Source: Planctomycetaceae bacterium (GTDB lineage Bacteria > Planctomycetota > Planctomycetia > Planctomycetales > Planctomycetaceae). From it: a DNA stretch of 37,557 bases. Shown piece after piece: positions 15,982-25,097 of this stretch. The stretch spans positions 1-37,557 of the forward strand of contig DASRYX010000402.1 in assembly GCA_035686985.1 (NCBI GenBank). The letters are read 5' to 3'. Positions within the stretch are counted from its first letter, which is position 1. Every line of letters begins with the position of its first letter. The notes beneath the pieces are model-generated. The model was not told the DNA's origin, did no database searches, and saw nothing but the letters and a program-made list of their open reading frames with translations. Made by a program: the position numbers and the translations under genes.

Positions 15982-16524
15982 ATGCCGTCCGCCCGAGTGA
16001 CTTCCATCGACGCCATCGTGGCCTTTCGTGCCGCGGTGATTGCGTTTCTGGATCGTGGACCGGCGGCGCTGGGAAGTTTGCGTCAGGAAACGCATCGCAC
16101 GATGATGTGGCTGGAACAGGAACAGCCGCGCTACTGGCAGGAAGAGCTGCGCAAGGGCTACGATCGCATCGCCTCAGCACGCACAGCTTTGGATGCCTGC
16201 CGGATGCGGACGGTCGCCGGTCATCGCTCGGCGTGCATTGAAGAACAGGTCGCGCTGCGGAAAGCGAAAGAACGCGTGGATTACTGCCAGGAGCAGGCCG
16301 ACATCACCCGCCGGTGGGCACTGAGGGCCCGCGAGGAAGCCGATGAATTTCTCGGCAAGATTGCCCCGTTGGACCGGTCCTTCCAGCAGGACGTGCCCAA
16401 CATGGTTGCCGTGCTCGAACGGATGATCCTGGCGATCGAAGCGTATCAGGGCGTGACGGGTGACCTCGAAGGGGATCTTCCCCAGGAGACGACGACGGAC
16501 GTCGAAGCGGAGGATCCGTCGTGA
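15982..16524 (+). CDS. Hypothetical all-helical (coiled-coil) protein with an acidic C-terminal tail, 180 aa
   Basis: ATG 15982 (ORF-track TTG at 15973). Heptad-like Arg/Glu-rich sequence (YWQEELRKGYDRIASARTALDACR..., RKAKERVDYCQEQADITRRWALRAREEADEF). Stop overlaps the next start (GTGA). Confidence 0.6.
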   Translation: MPSARVTSIDAIVAFRAAVIAFLDRGPAALGSLRQETHRTMMWLEQEQPRYWQEELRKGYDRIASARTALDACRMRTVAGHRSACIEEQVALRKAKERVDYCQEQADITRRWALRAREEADEFLGKIAPLDRSFQQDVPNMVAVLERMILAIEAYQGVTGDLEGDLPQETTTDVEAEDPS

Positions 16525-18305
16525 AGTTTTTGGTGCTGATCCTCACCGCAGGGTTGATCTGTTTCGGCAGCGCGGTTGCGGTCTGCGCTGCGGCCGATAC
16601 GCCGCCTTCGAAGAAACTCGATGTCGGATTAGAGAAGAAAATCAACGACGCGCTGACGAAAGCAAAAGACTCACTGCTGAAGACCGGGGCGACTGGACTG
16701 GTTGACAGCGAGGCCTCCATCGTCGCGTACGCGCTTCATAAAGGCGGGCTACCCGCCACGCATCCCAAAATCGCCGGGGCGATCGACGCCATCACGCAGA
16801 AGATTCAGGCCGGGGCATATGGCACCGGCAACGGACCGCCCCATCACGTCTATGAAGCCGCGTGCGATGCCATGCTGCTGGTGGATATCGACCCCGCAGC
16901 GCACCAGGCGAAGCTGAATGTCCTGCGCGATTACATCACGACACGGCAGCGGTCGAACGGGTCCTGGCATTACCCGGCGACCCCGGCGGCGGACAACGTC
17001 GGCGATACCAGCATCACGCAGTTTGCGCTGCTCGGCTTGTGGGCCGTCCGGCGCGCCGATATTGAAGTGGCGCCGGAAGCCTGGGACAAAGCCGCACGCT
17101 GGCTGATCGATACGCAGCTCAGCGACGGTGGCTTTGCGTATCATCCGCAGGAGAAAGAAAAGCCCGAAAACTACAACTCGACAATGTCAATGACGGCGGC
17201 CGGGGCTTCCTCACTGCTGATCATTCAACGCATGCTGTACGGCGACCGGATCATTTCCACGCCGGAAGCGGTGCCGTCCAGCCGCAAGCGGTTCGGCGTG
17301 CTGGAAGCCTTCCCGCAGGAAAACAGCGCGGGGCCGAAAGCGGCAGCTCAACCGGCGAAGAAGATCAGCAATGAAACGCTGGACAAGAGCATTCGCAAAG
17401 CCCACACCTGGCTCAACGGCCACTTCGACCCACGACCGAAGTTCCATTTCTACACGTATGAACTTTACGGTTGCGAACGCGTCGGATCGTTGCTGGAAAC
17501 CGACCGATTCGGCAGTCACCACTGGTACGAAGACGGGGCTCAATCACTCAGTGAGAATCAACGTCCCGACGGCAGCTGGTATGCCACCTCGTCGCCGCGG
17601 GCAATGACGGCGTTCGGCATTTTGTTTCTCACACGCGCGACGCAATCCATCGTCACGCCACGGGTGAAGGTGCGCATGACCGGGGCGGGGCTCCTCGCCG
17701 GGGGACGCGGTTTGCCGGATGATTTATCCAAGGTCGCCATTCAGGACGGGTCCGTCACGCAGCGGAAGAAACTCGGACCGCTTGATGAACTGCTCGCCGA
17801 TCTGGAAAAATCCGCTGTCACCGACGTTCCGGTCAACCCGCAATCGGTGATTGCCACGCTGCAGTTCGATAAGCCGGACGAACTGGTGGGGAAGCTCGAC
17901 CAACTACCCGCGATGTTGAAACATCCCAAACCCGAAGTCCGCCAGGTCGCCGCCTGGGCGCTCGGCCGTTCGGGCGAGCTGCGCATGATCCCGTTGCTGG
18001 TTACGGCGCTCGCTGACACCGATCTGAACGTCGCTGCGGATGCCAGCCTCGCCCTGTGTGTGCTGACACGACAACCGCAGGGCATTGCCAAAGGCGATTC
18101 GGCGACCGATCGCATTTCTCCTGAACCGCCGGAAGTGAACGAGGTGGACATCGACGGCGAAAAGCTTCCCCCCGAGAAGATCGAAGCCGCAAAAGCAGCG
18201 CTCGCGGAATGGCGACGGAGCAGTCAGCAGGCGTGGACACGCTGGTATCTCGCTCATCGTCCGTATGATGAACGCGACGATCGTCAACAGATTCGCAACA
18301 AATAA
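16521..18305 (+). CDS. Secreted prenyltransferase/squalene-cyclase-like (alpha/alpha-toroid repeat) protein with C-terminal HEAT repeats
   Basis: Signal peptide MKFLVLILTAGLICFGSAVAVCAAA. QxxxGxW/QxxDGGF repeats (QRSNGSWHY, QLSDGGFAY, QRPDGSWY). HEAT/PBS-lyase-like C-terminus (HPKPEVRQVAAWALGRSGELRMIPLLVTALADTDLNVAADASLAL). Confidence 0.6.
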   Translation: MKFLVLILTAGLICFGSAVAVCAAADTPPSKKLDVGLEKKINDALTKAKDSLLKTGATGLVDSEASIVAYALHKGGLPATHPKIAGAIDAITQKIQAGAYGTGNGPPHHVYEAACDAMLLVDIDPAAHQAKLNVLRDYITTRQRSNGSWHYPATPAADNVGDTSITQFALLGLWAVRRADIEVAPEAWDKAARWLIDTQLSDGGFAYHPQEKEKPENYNSTMSMTAAGASSLLIIQRMLYGDRIISTPEAVPSSRKRFGVLEAFPQENSAGPKAAAQPAKKISNETLDKSIRKAHTWLNGHFDPRPKFHFYTYELYGCERVGSLLETDRFGSHHWYEDGAQSLSENQRPDGSWYATSSPRAMTAFGILFLTRATQSIVTPRVKVRMTGAGLLAGGRGLPDDLSKVAIQDGSVTQRKKLGPLDELLADLEKSAVTDVPVNPQSVIATLQFDKPDELVGKLDQLPAMLKHPKPEVRQVAAWALGRSGELRMIPLLVTALADTDLNVAADASLALCVLTRQPQGIAKGDSATDRISPEPPEVNEVDIDGEKLPPEKIEAAKAALAEWRRSSQQAWTRWYLAHRPYDERDDRQQIRNK

Positions 18306-18322
18306 CGGACGCCGCACCGCTG

Positions 18323-19228
18323 ATGCCTGCCCCTTCCGATGCTCCGATCCCCGTGCTGCGTGTGACGCAGTACGACCGCGCCGCGGCCGGGGTGATCGCG
18401 GCGTTCGTGGTGCTGGCCGTGATCTGCGTCGCGATTGTGTCGTTGTGGATGTCAACCCGCCCGGTTCCGGTGGCGCTCGCAGTTCCGGTGGAAATCGTCG
18501 ATTTGCCGGGCGGCTTCCTCGACGGCTCGATCGATGAGACACTGCGCGTGGATGCCGCGGGACCGGAAGTGTTTAATGCCTCTCCGGCGGATGAGGTCTC
18601 GACCACGCAGCTCGAAATCGCGGAGTCGCTGGAATCCTCCACATCGATGTCCGACATTGCCGGCGCAGCGGCTCCGACCCAACAGCAGTTCGAAACTGGC
18701 GGCACGAAGAACATCGGACAGAAGGGGAGTGCCAAGGGAACCGGGCCACGACCCTACGGCTTCGGAGGCCCCGGAGCCGGTCTCCCGCGTGAACAGCGCT
18801 GGTTCGTGCGGTTCGACAGCCAGGTCAGTCTGGACGAATACGCTAAGCAACTTGACTTCTTCAAGATCGAACTGGGAGCGCTTCTCCCCGACGGACGGCT
18901 GGCGATCTTGTCGCAGACCGCGCAACCGAAACCGGCACTGCGTTACATCGCCCGCGGTTCGGACGAGCAGCGGCTCTTCATGACGTGGCAGGGCGGCGAG
19001 CGGCGATTCGCGGACGTGCAGCTCTTTGCGAAAGCCGGCGTAACGGTGCCGGGCGATGCGCCGTTGTTTCAGTTCTATCCGAAGGACATCGAGGCCCAAC
19101 TGGCGACGCTGGAGCGCGATTACCGCAACCGCACCGCGCGGGAAATCAAGCGGACCTATTTTGTCGTCATCCCACAAGGCGCGGGATTTGGTTTCCAGGT
19201 GGTCCGTCAGACACTACATCAGCAGTAA
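18323..19228 (+). CDS. Membrane-anchored hypothetical protein (N-terminal TM, low-complexity linker, unknown C-terminal domain)
   Basis: TM helix AAAGVIAAFVVLAVICVAIVSLWM. Ala/Pro/Gly/Ser-rich linker. C-terminal roughly 150 aa (RWFVRFDSQVSLDEYAKQLDFFKIELGALLPDGRL...) has no motif I recognise. Starts 17 nt after the previous stop. Confidence 0.6.
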   Translation: MPAPSDAPIPVLRVTQYDRAAAGVIAAFVVLAVICVAIVSLWMSTRPVPVALAVPVEIVDLPGGFLDGSIDETLRVDAAGPEVFNASPADEVSTTQLEIAESLESSTSMSDIAGAAAPTQQQFETGGTKNIGQKGSAKGTGPRPYGFGGPGAGLPREQRWFVRFDSQVSLDEYAKQLDFFKIELGALLPDGRLAILSQTAQPKPALRYIARGSDEQRLFMTWQGGERRFADVQLFAKAGVTVPGDAPLFQFYPKDIEAQLATLERDYRNRTAREIKRTYFVVIPQGAGFGFQVVRQTLHQQ

Positions 19229-19269
19229 CATCCGCTCATCGCCATTCCATTTCGTAAGTCACCGATTCC

Positions 19270-22200
19270 ATGCCGAGTTTGCAGGTCCTGTTTGCCGACG
19301 GTCGCCGGATCACGAAAACGCTGGAGCGGACATCGCCGCTGACAGTCGGAGCCCAGTCGTTTAACGATGTCTGCATCGCTGAGCCGGGCGTTCCTGCGCT
19401 GGCGTGTCGCATTGGCTGGAACAAGACTGGGTTCGAGCTCACCGCGGCAACGGCGAATGGAATCGAAGTCAACGGGACCGTGGTCGCCCATGCGGTTCTG
19501 CGGAATGACGATCTCATCCGCATCGGCACCGCCGACGCCATCTTTCTCGATGAAACCGCGCCGCCGCCACCGCCGGTGAAAAAGCGTGTGGAGGAACGGA
19601 AGCCGGTCGTCATCGAAGAGTCGGAGCCTTCGTTGTTCGAGGGCCCTGTGCATGTCGAGTCCTCGTCCGCAGAAATCACCGACGAATCCGAAGATCTGCC
19701 GGTGCTCACACGTCGCCGGGCCGACGAGCGCGAAGCCGAAGCACCGCCGCCAGTGGTTGCCGCCCCACGCGATGTCACCGGCGCGGTTCACCGTCCCGGT
19801 GAAGAGCAGGTCTTCAAGTCGCCGTTGATTCTGATTCTGACCACAGTGACCGGCGTCCTGCTGCTCGTGGCGGCGACACTGTATTTCCTGATGGGCCGTG
19901 AATCGCAAACTCGGCTCTTTTCCACCGGAGAGAAAGAACTCGCGTCGGGCCGATACACGCAGGCGATAGAAGCCTTCGAACAGTTCCGTAAACTGTATCC
20001 GCGCAGCCAGCAGCGGCATGCCGCTGAGGTGGGCATCGGCAAAGCCCTCGTGCAGCGTGAATTGTCCGCCGCACCGCCGCGATGGGAAAATGCGTGGAAA
20101 CAGCTGCAAGAACTCGTTAGCGATCAGCGCAAGGCCGCCGACTATGGCGACCTGCGGCCGATTGTACGTGACCTCGCCGAACAGATTGCGGTTGGGTCGG
20201 CGAGTGCTGCCGAAACCGCGGCCGAGGAAAAGCTGCTCACCGTTTCCGCTGAAGCCACGCAATTGATGGAACGATCGACGCCGCCGAACTCACCGGAAGC
20301 GCCGGCGCTCAAGCAGATCCGTGACGCGAGTGATCGAGCGCGAGGGGCGATTGTTCGCCGTCGTGCGCTCGAGGCGGCACTCACGAAGATGACCACATCG
20401 CTGGAAGCGGGCGACGCGATCTCGGCTTTGGCCACGCGGCAGGCCTTGCTCCTGCAGTTTCCTCAGTTCGCGAAAGAGAAGCGATTTGAACCGCTGGTGA
20501 AGCAGGCGCGGGAGATCGCGCTGAAGGCGGTGTCCATCCGCGAAGTGGACCGCGATGCCACCGCCAGCCCGAAGGTGATGATCGCGCCGTCAGTTCTGCC
20601 GGTGGTGCATGCGCGGTCGCGCACCGATGAGTCGTCGCTGGGGCAGGTGGCCTATGTGCTCGCCGCCGACGTCTGCTACGCCGTGGATACCGTGACTGGC
20701 GACGTGGTCTGGCGACGCGCTATCGGACGGAATCCACCCTTCTTTCCGCTGGCCTTGCGGGATCCGAAACCGTGCGTGCTGCTGTATGACGGTCATCGTC
20801 AGCTACTCTTGCTGTGCGATGCGAAGCAGGGCGATGTGATGTGGCAGCAGCCCCTCGAGCACGCCCCGGTCGGTCCGCCGGTCCTGCATGGTGGCCAGGC
20901 TTATCTCGCCACGCGCGGTCGGCGGTTGCTGCGGTTCGAGGTCGCGTCGGGACGGATCTCCACACAGCTGGAATTCCCGCAGGAACTCGCCGCGGCGCCG
21001 GCGTTATCGCCCGACGGCGAATCGCTTCTGATCAGCGGCCAGCGGGGGTTGGTGTATTTCGTGTCAACGCATCCGCTCGCTTGTCAGGCGGTGACATTCA
21101 CCGATCACGCCGAGGGCAGCGTCCGTGTTCCGTTGCTTCCGATGGGGCGCTTGTTCCTGTTCTGTGAGCACGATCAGGCCGACAGTTCGCGGTTGCGGGT
21201 TTACCGCCAGACCGATGTGACAAAGCCGCTCGTGGAAGAAAGTTTTGTGCGGATCCGCGGCGGTGTCTACGATCCCCCGGCGTTACGGGGAGCCCAATTA
21301 GTGGTGCCGACACAAGGCGAACGGCTCGCCGCATTCACCGTGGATGACGAACCGAATCGCACCGCGCTGTCACCCGTCGGCGAGTACCGCGTGCAGGATG
21401 CCTACGGCGGCCCGCTGCATGTGATGCTCGGGCCCGACCAGCAGTTCTGGATGAGCAGCACGGCGTTCCGGCGATTTCAGCTCGGCACCGATAGCATCAA
21501 GATGGATTCGCGCGTTGCCGCCGTCGGCATTACGGCACAGCCGCTGCAAGCCATTGCCGAGACGTTCTTCGTCGGCCGCCGGACGACGACTTCCACCGCG
21601 GTCACGTTTTCCAATCTTGATCGCGAGAAGCTGAGCGGCTCATGGCGAACCGTCGTCGGCGGACGTCCGCTCGCGACATCCGTTGCCGACAACGGGAATC
21701 TGATTCTGGTCAACGATGCCGGCGCGGTATTCCGCTTGTCGCCGTCGCGGCTGCAGCAACCGGGTGTCGAGACGCGGGCCTTCGAAGAAATCGAGTTGCC
21801 CGCGGGTGTCGATCAACCCTTGATGGCCGAGCGGCAACACGACGGCCGCATTGCCGTCATTGCGAATGGATCGTCACCAACATGGTGGATCGTGGAACCG
21901 AATGGCTCACTCGGCAAGCCACAGAAACTCCCGGAGAGTCTGTCGGTTCCACCGGTCCTGCTGGACATCGGCTGGGTGATGGCCCGCCCGGGGCGATTGA
22001 GTGTCGTGCCGACGGCGGGAACGAAAGTCGATGACTGGCGGGCTCCCGCCGACGGCGACGGTTCCGCCACATGGACCGCTTTGCTGCGGTTGTCGGGCAC
22101 GGAACTGCTGCTCGGTGATGCCTCCGGCCGCTGGCGACGACTGCAGGTGCGCACGGGCGATATTCCGCATCTCGCGGAAGTGCAATCGGTCGAACTATCG

Positions 22201-22665
22201 CCGCTACGAAGTCCGCCGCGCGTCGCTGGGGATGTCATCGTCCAACTCGACGAAGAAGGACGCCTGCACCGGCTGGATGCGCAGACGCTCGATGAGAATG
22301 CCCAACGCAGCCTCTCTGCCGACGCGGCCGGCTTTGATCTAGTGCAGAGCGATCTCGTGCTGGCGTGGTCCCCCGGCGCCCTGCACGGCATCCCGATCAA
22401 AGAGTTTCAGGCCGGCGGATGGTCGCTGCCGCTGGACGGGTTGACGGTCGTCGGTCGTCCGTTGGTCCGCGGGGATCGCGTGCGCGTCGCGACTTCCAAC
22501 GGCATCGTGGTCACGCTCGACTGGCGGACGGGGAAAGAACTGCACCGGGAAACGTTGCCGCAGGCGCTGTCCGGCTTGATGACCACGATTGATCAGCACG
22601 ACTATGCGATTGCCCTGGATGGAGCGGTCTTTCGTCTCGCCGATTCGCCGGAGGGTTCGCCATGA
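19270..22665 (+). CDS. FHA-like domain - TM - TPR-like - PQQ/BamB-like beta-propeller protein, 1131 aa
   Basis: N-terminal FHA-like fold (LTVGAQSFNDVCIAEPGV...ANGIEVNGTVVAHAVLRNDDLIRIGTADAIF). Pro/Glu-rich linker. TM LILILTTVTGVLLLVAATLYFLM. TPR-like (GRYTQAIEAFEQFRKLYP). Propeller blades (YAVDTVTGDVVWRRAIG, LLCDAKQGDVMWQQPL). Confidence 0.7.
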   Translation: MPSLQVLFADGRRITKTLERTSPLTVGAQSFNDVCIAEPGVPALACRIGWNKTGFELTAATANGIEVNGTVVAHAVLRNDDLIRIGTADAIFLDETAPPPPPVKKRVEERKPVVIEESEPSLFEGPVHVESSSAEITDESEDLPVLTRRRADEREAEAPPPVVAAPRDVTGAVHRPGEEQVFKSPLILILTTVTGVLLLVAATLYFLMGRESQTRLFSTGEKELASGRYTQAIEAFEQFRKLYPRSQQRHAAEVGIGKALVQRELSAAPPRWENAWKQLQELVSDQRKAADYGDLRPIVRDLAEQIAVGSASAAETAAEEKLLTVSAEATQLMERSTPPNSPEAPALKQIRDASDRARGAIVRRRALEAALTKMTTSLEAGDAISALATRQALLLQFPQFAKEKRFEPLVKQAREIALKAVSIREVDRDATASPKVMIAPSVLPVVHARSRTDESSLGQVAYVLAADVCYAVDTVTGDVVWRRAIGRNPPFFPLALRDPKPCVLLYDGHRQLLLLCDAKQGDVMWQQPLEHAPVGPPVLHGGQAYLATRGRRLLRFEVASGRISTQLEFPQELAAAPALSPDGESLLISGQRGLVYFVSTHPLACQAVTFTDHAEGSVRVPLLPMGRLFLFCEHDQADSSRLRVYRQTDVTKPLVEESFVRIRGGVYDPPALRGAQLVVPTQGERLAAFTVDDEPNRTALSPVGEYRVQDAYGGPLHVMLGPDQQFWMSSTAFRRFQLGTDSIKMDSRVAAVGITAQPLQAIAETFFVGRRTTTSTAVTFSNLDREKLSGSWRTVVGGRPLATSVADNGNLILVNDAGAVFRLSPSRLQQPGVETRAFEEIELPAGVDQPLMAERQHDGRIAVIANGSSPTWWIVEPNGSLGKPQKLPESLSVPPVLLDIGWVMARPGRLSVVPTAGTKVDDWRAPADGDGSATWTALLRLSGTELLLGDASGRWRRLQVRTGDIPHLAEVQSVELSPLRSPPRVAGDVIVQLDEEGRLHRLDAQTLDENAQRSLSADAAGFDLVQSDLVLAWSPGALHGIPIKEFQAGGWSLPLDGLTVVGRPLVRGDRVRVATSNGIVVTLDWRTGKELHRETLPQALSGLMTTIDQHDYAIALDGAVFRLADSPEGSP

Positions 22666-25097
22666 ACTTCGCTGTAGTTTGGCGCGTCAGTCTTCGGTTT
22701 TCCCTAACCGCGATCGCTTTCTGTTTCATTCCTCCTCCGAGCGCTTTCGGTCAGGCCACCCCCAATACAACGGCGGAGGAAGAAACGCCGCTGCCGAAAC
22801 TGATTGACATGCCATTGCCGACGGCGGAGTCGCTGCTGCGGGAACGCCCGCGCGACTGGGTGGTGCTGCTCAATCAGGATGTGCTGGTCGTGGAACCGCT
22901 CTTCCCGCGACCGGATACGCTCAAGCTCCGTCGCGAGCAGTACGACAAAATCGTCAAATCCAAGCCGAGCGAAATCGGCCCCGAAAACCGTACTCGAAAA
23001 ATGTACGAGTACGAGCGGATCAGCGTGACCCTGCTGGACGGGGGCGTCGAGCCGGAATACCTCATCGAAACCAAGCACATCGAAAAAGTCATCTACTTCG
23101 AGGATCTGATTCTGCAGCGAGTGACCAAGCTGCTCGACGAAAAGAATCCCGCCCTCGCTTACGATCTGATCACGATGGTCGACCGGCGACAGCACGACTG
23201 GCCGAACCTCGATCTGCATTATCAGCGCTGCCTTTTCGTGCAGGCGGAACAGCATCAGCAGGCCGGGCGGTATGAAAACGGGCTGGTCGTGCTCGAGCAA
23301 CTGCAGCCACTGGCCCCCGAGTATCCCAACCTCTCGGTTCTACTGGGGCGGACGGTGGAACCGTTAATCGAGACCGCCTTCAACGCCGTCGACGACCGCC
23401 GGGCGCGGCACTTCCTCGCACGACTGATCAAGCTGCAGCCGCAGCATAGCGTCGCCGTGAAATGGCGTGACAAACTGATCGCGCGGGCGACACAGGAACT
23501 GAGCACCGCGCGGAGTGAATCGCAGGCCGGTCATCACGGCGAAGCGGTCAGTCATATCGATCTCGCTGCGCGGGCCTGGCCGGATCTCGCGGGATTGAAG
23601 GATGCCCACAAGCAGTTCGTTGAACGCCACCAGCGCCTGCGCGTCGGCATCTGGCAGCCTGCCGACAATCCCGCCGATCCGTATCCCGGCCGACATGCCG
23701 AACGGCATCACGATCTCGGCACCATTCCGCTGTTCGAGCCGGAACGTGTGGTCGATGGCGTGGTCCGCTATCGTTCGGCCTACTTCGAAACGTGGGAGCC
23801 GCGTGATCTTGGCCGGGAATGGGAATTCTGGTTGCGTCCGCGGCGGGCGGAATGGGAATGCCGTCCCGCAGTCACGACCGGGTTGATTGTGGACGCTTTG
23901 CAACGCCGCTGGGATCCGATGTCGCCCGAGTATGATGACCGCTGGGCGGGGCATGTCGCCGCGGTTTCGGCACCGTCGCCCCAGCAGTTGCGGATGAAGC
24001 TCGAGCGGATTCCACTGCGTCTGGAAGCGTGGTTACGGTCGCCGATTCGACTGGATGAAGCGACCCGGTCGTGGAACACCGATCTCGACCCCGCAGTCTG
24101 GGATAACCCCGCGCAGCAGCGGTTCCGTCGTGTGGAACACACAGATCAGAAGAGTACGTTCGTCCGGTCACGACCTGAGCCGCCTGAGCTGAAGGCGCGG
24201 CACCTGACGGAGATCGTCGAGCAGGCGCTGCCGAACTGGGATCGCGCATTGCAGGCGTTGCTGCGTGGTGAAATCGATATGGTTCCCGCCGTCGAATTTC
24301 GTGATGTCCGCGGGCTGCAGAGCGACTCGCGCTTCTTCACCCTGCAGGCCGCATTGCCGCGGACGCATATCGTGATGTTTCATCCGGAATCGTTGCTGAT
24401 GCGGTCGGCCCCCTTACGCCGGGCGCTGCTGCAGGCCCTGCCGCGGGAAGTTCTTCTCGCGGAGACGGTCCTGGAAGGAGCCGATCGGTCTCTTGGGCGA
24501 TTAAGCACCGGACCGTTTGCATCGACGACCTACGGTTATTCAAAAGATCTGCCGCAGCCGGTGTATGACGTGGTGACGGCGGCGTCGCTGGTCGCCACCG
24601 CAAAGAAAGAGCACGGCGGCACGTTGCCCACCCTGCGGATTGTCGCCCCATCCGAAACGGCGATTCAACGAGCCTTGCCGCGGATGCTGGAGGCCTGGCA
24701 ACGCATCGGCTTGACGGTCGAAGTAGTGAAAGAACCCGGAACGCAATGGGACATGGTTTATCGCTCCCTGCGGGTTGTCGAGCCGTTCGCCGATTTATGG
24801 CCGTTGTTCTCGCCCTCGGGAAATGTCGATCATGCCGCGATTGCACCGTTTCCTCACCCCGTTCGCGAAGAGATGCTGGAACTGGAACGCGCCGTGGACT
24901 GGACAACCGCGATGCGCACGCTGCAGCGTCTGCAGCAGGAATTCCTGACGGAAGCCCGCTATCTCCCGTTGTGGGAAGTCGACGAGTTCCAGGTCTTCCG
25001 CCGCCGGGTCGCGGGATTGAATCCCCGGCCGATGCATCCATATTTCGACTGCGAACGCTGGACGGTGCAATCGTGGTTTCCGATGGAGACCCCGTGA
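22662..25097 (+). CDS. Exported TPR-like / family-5 solute-binding-protein-like protein, 811 aa (tentative)
   Basis: ATGA start/stop overlap with the upstream gene. N-terminal hydrophobic signal/anchor (LRFSLTAIAFCFIPPPSAFGQ). The C-terminal approximately 480 aa resembles SBP_bac_5 by eye (LRVGIWQPADNPADP..., FETWEPRDLGREWEFWLRP, LRRALLQALPREVLLAETVLEG). Confidence 0.45.
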   Translation: MNFAVVWRVSLRFSLTAIAFCFIPPPSAFGQATPNTTAEEETPLPKLIDMPLPTAESLLRERPRDWVVLLNQDVLVVEPLFPRPDTLKLRREQYDKIVKSKPSEIGPENRTRKMYEYERISVTLLDGGVEPEYLIETKHIEKVIYFEDLILQRVTKLLDEKNPALAYDLITMVDRRQHDWPNLDLHYQRCLFVQAEQHQQAGRYENGLVVLEQLQPLAPEYPNLSVLLGRTVEPLIETAFNAVDDRRARHFLARLIKLQPQHSVAVKWRDKLIARATQELSTARSESQAGHHGEAVSHIDLAARAWPDLAGLKDAHKQFVERHQRLRVGIWQPADNPADPYPGRHAERHHDLGTIPLFEPERVVDGVVRYRSAYFETWEPRDLGREWEFWLRPRRAEWECRPAVTTGLIVDALQRRWDPMSPEYDDRWAGHVAAVSAPSPQQLRMKLERIPLRLEAWLRSPIRLDEATRSWNTDLDPAVWDNPAQQRFRRVEHTDQKSTFVRSRPEPPELKARHLTEIVEQALPNWDRALQALLRGEIDMVPAVEFRDVRGLQSDSRFFTLQAALPRTHIVMFHPESLLMRSAPLRRALLQALPREVLLAETVLEGADRSLGRLSTGPFASTTYGYSKDLPQPVYDVVTAASLVATAKKEHGGTLPTLRIVAPSETAIQRALPRMLEAWQRIGLTVEVVKEPGTQWDMVYRSLRVVEPFADLWPLFSPSGNVDHAAIAPFPHPVREEMLELERAVDWTTAMRTLQRLQQEFLTEARYLPLWEVDEFQVFRRRVAGLNPRPMHPYFDCERWTVQSWFPMETP

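Noticed and set aside
24746-25096. N-terminal extensions offered by the ORF track: 24746 for the lipoprotein-like gene, and also 3449, 6058, 7949, 15571, 28973-29035 and 33128.
   Set aside because: The extensions overlap upstream genes or lack signal/domain features. Internal ATGs give canonical N-termini (MLSGLLG.. for Flg[21 protein letters not shown] for enolase, signal peptides) and have Shine-Dalgarno-like sequences.
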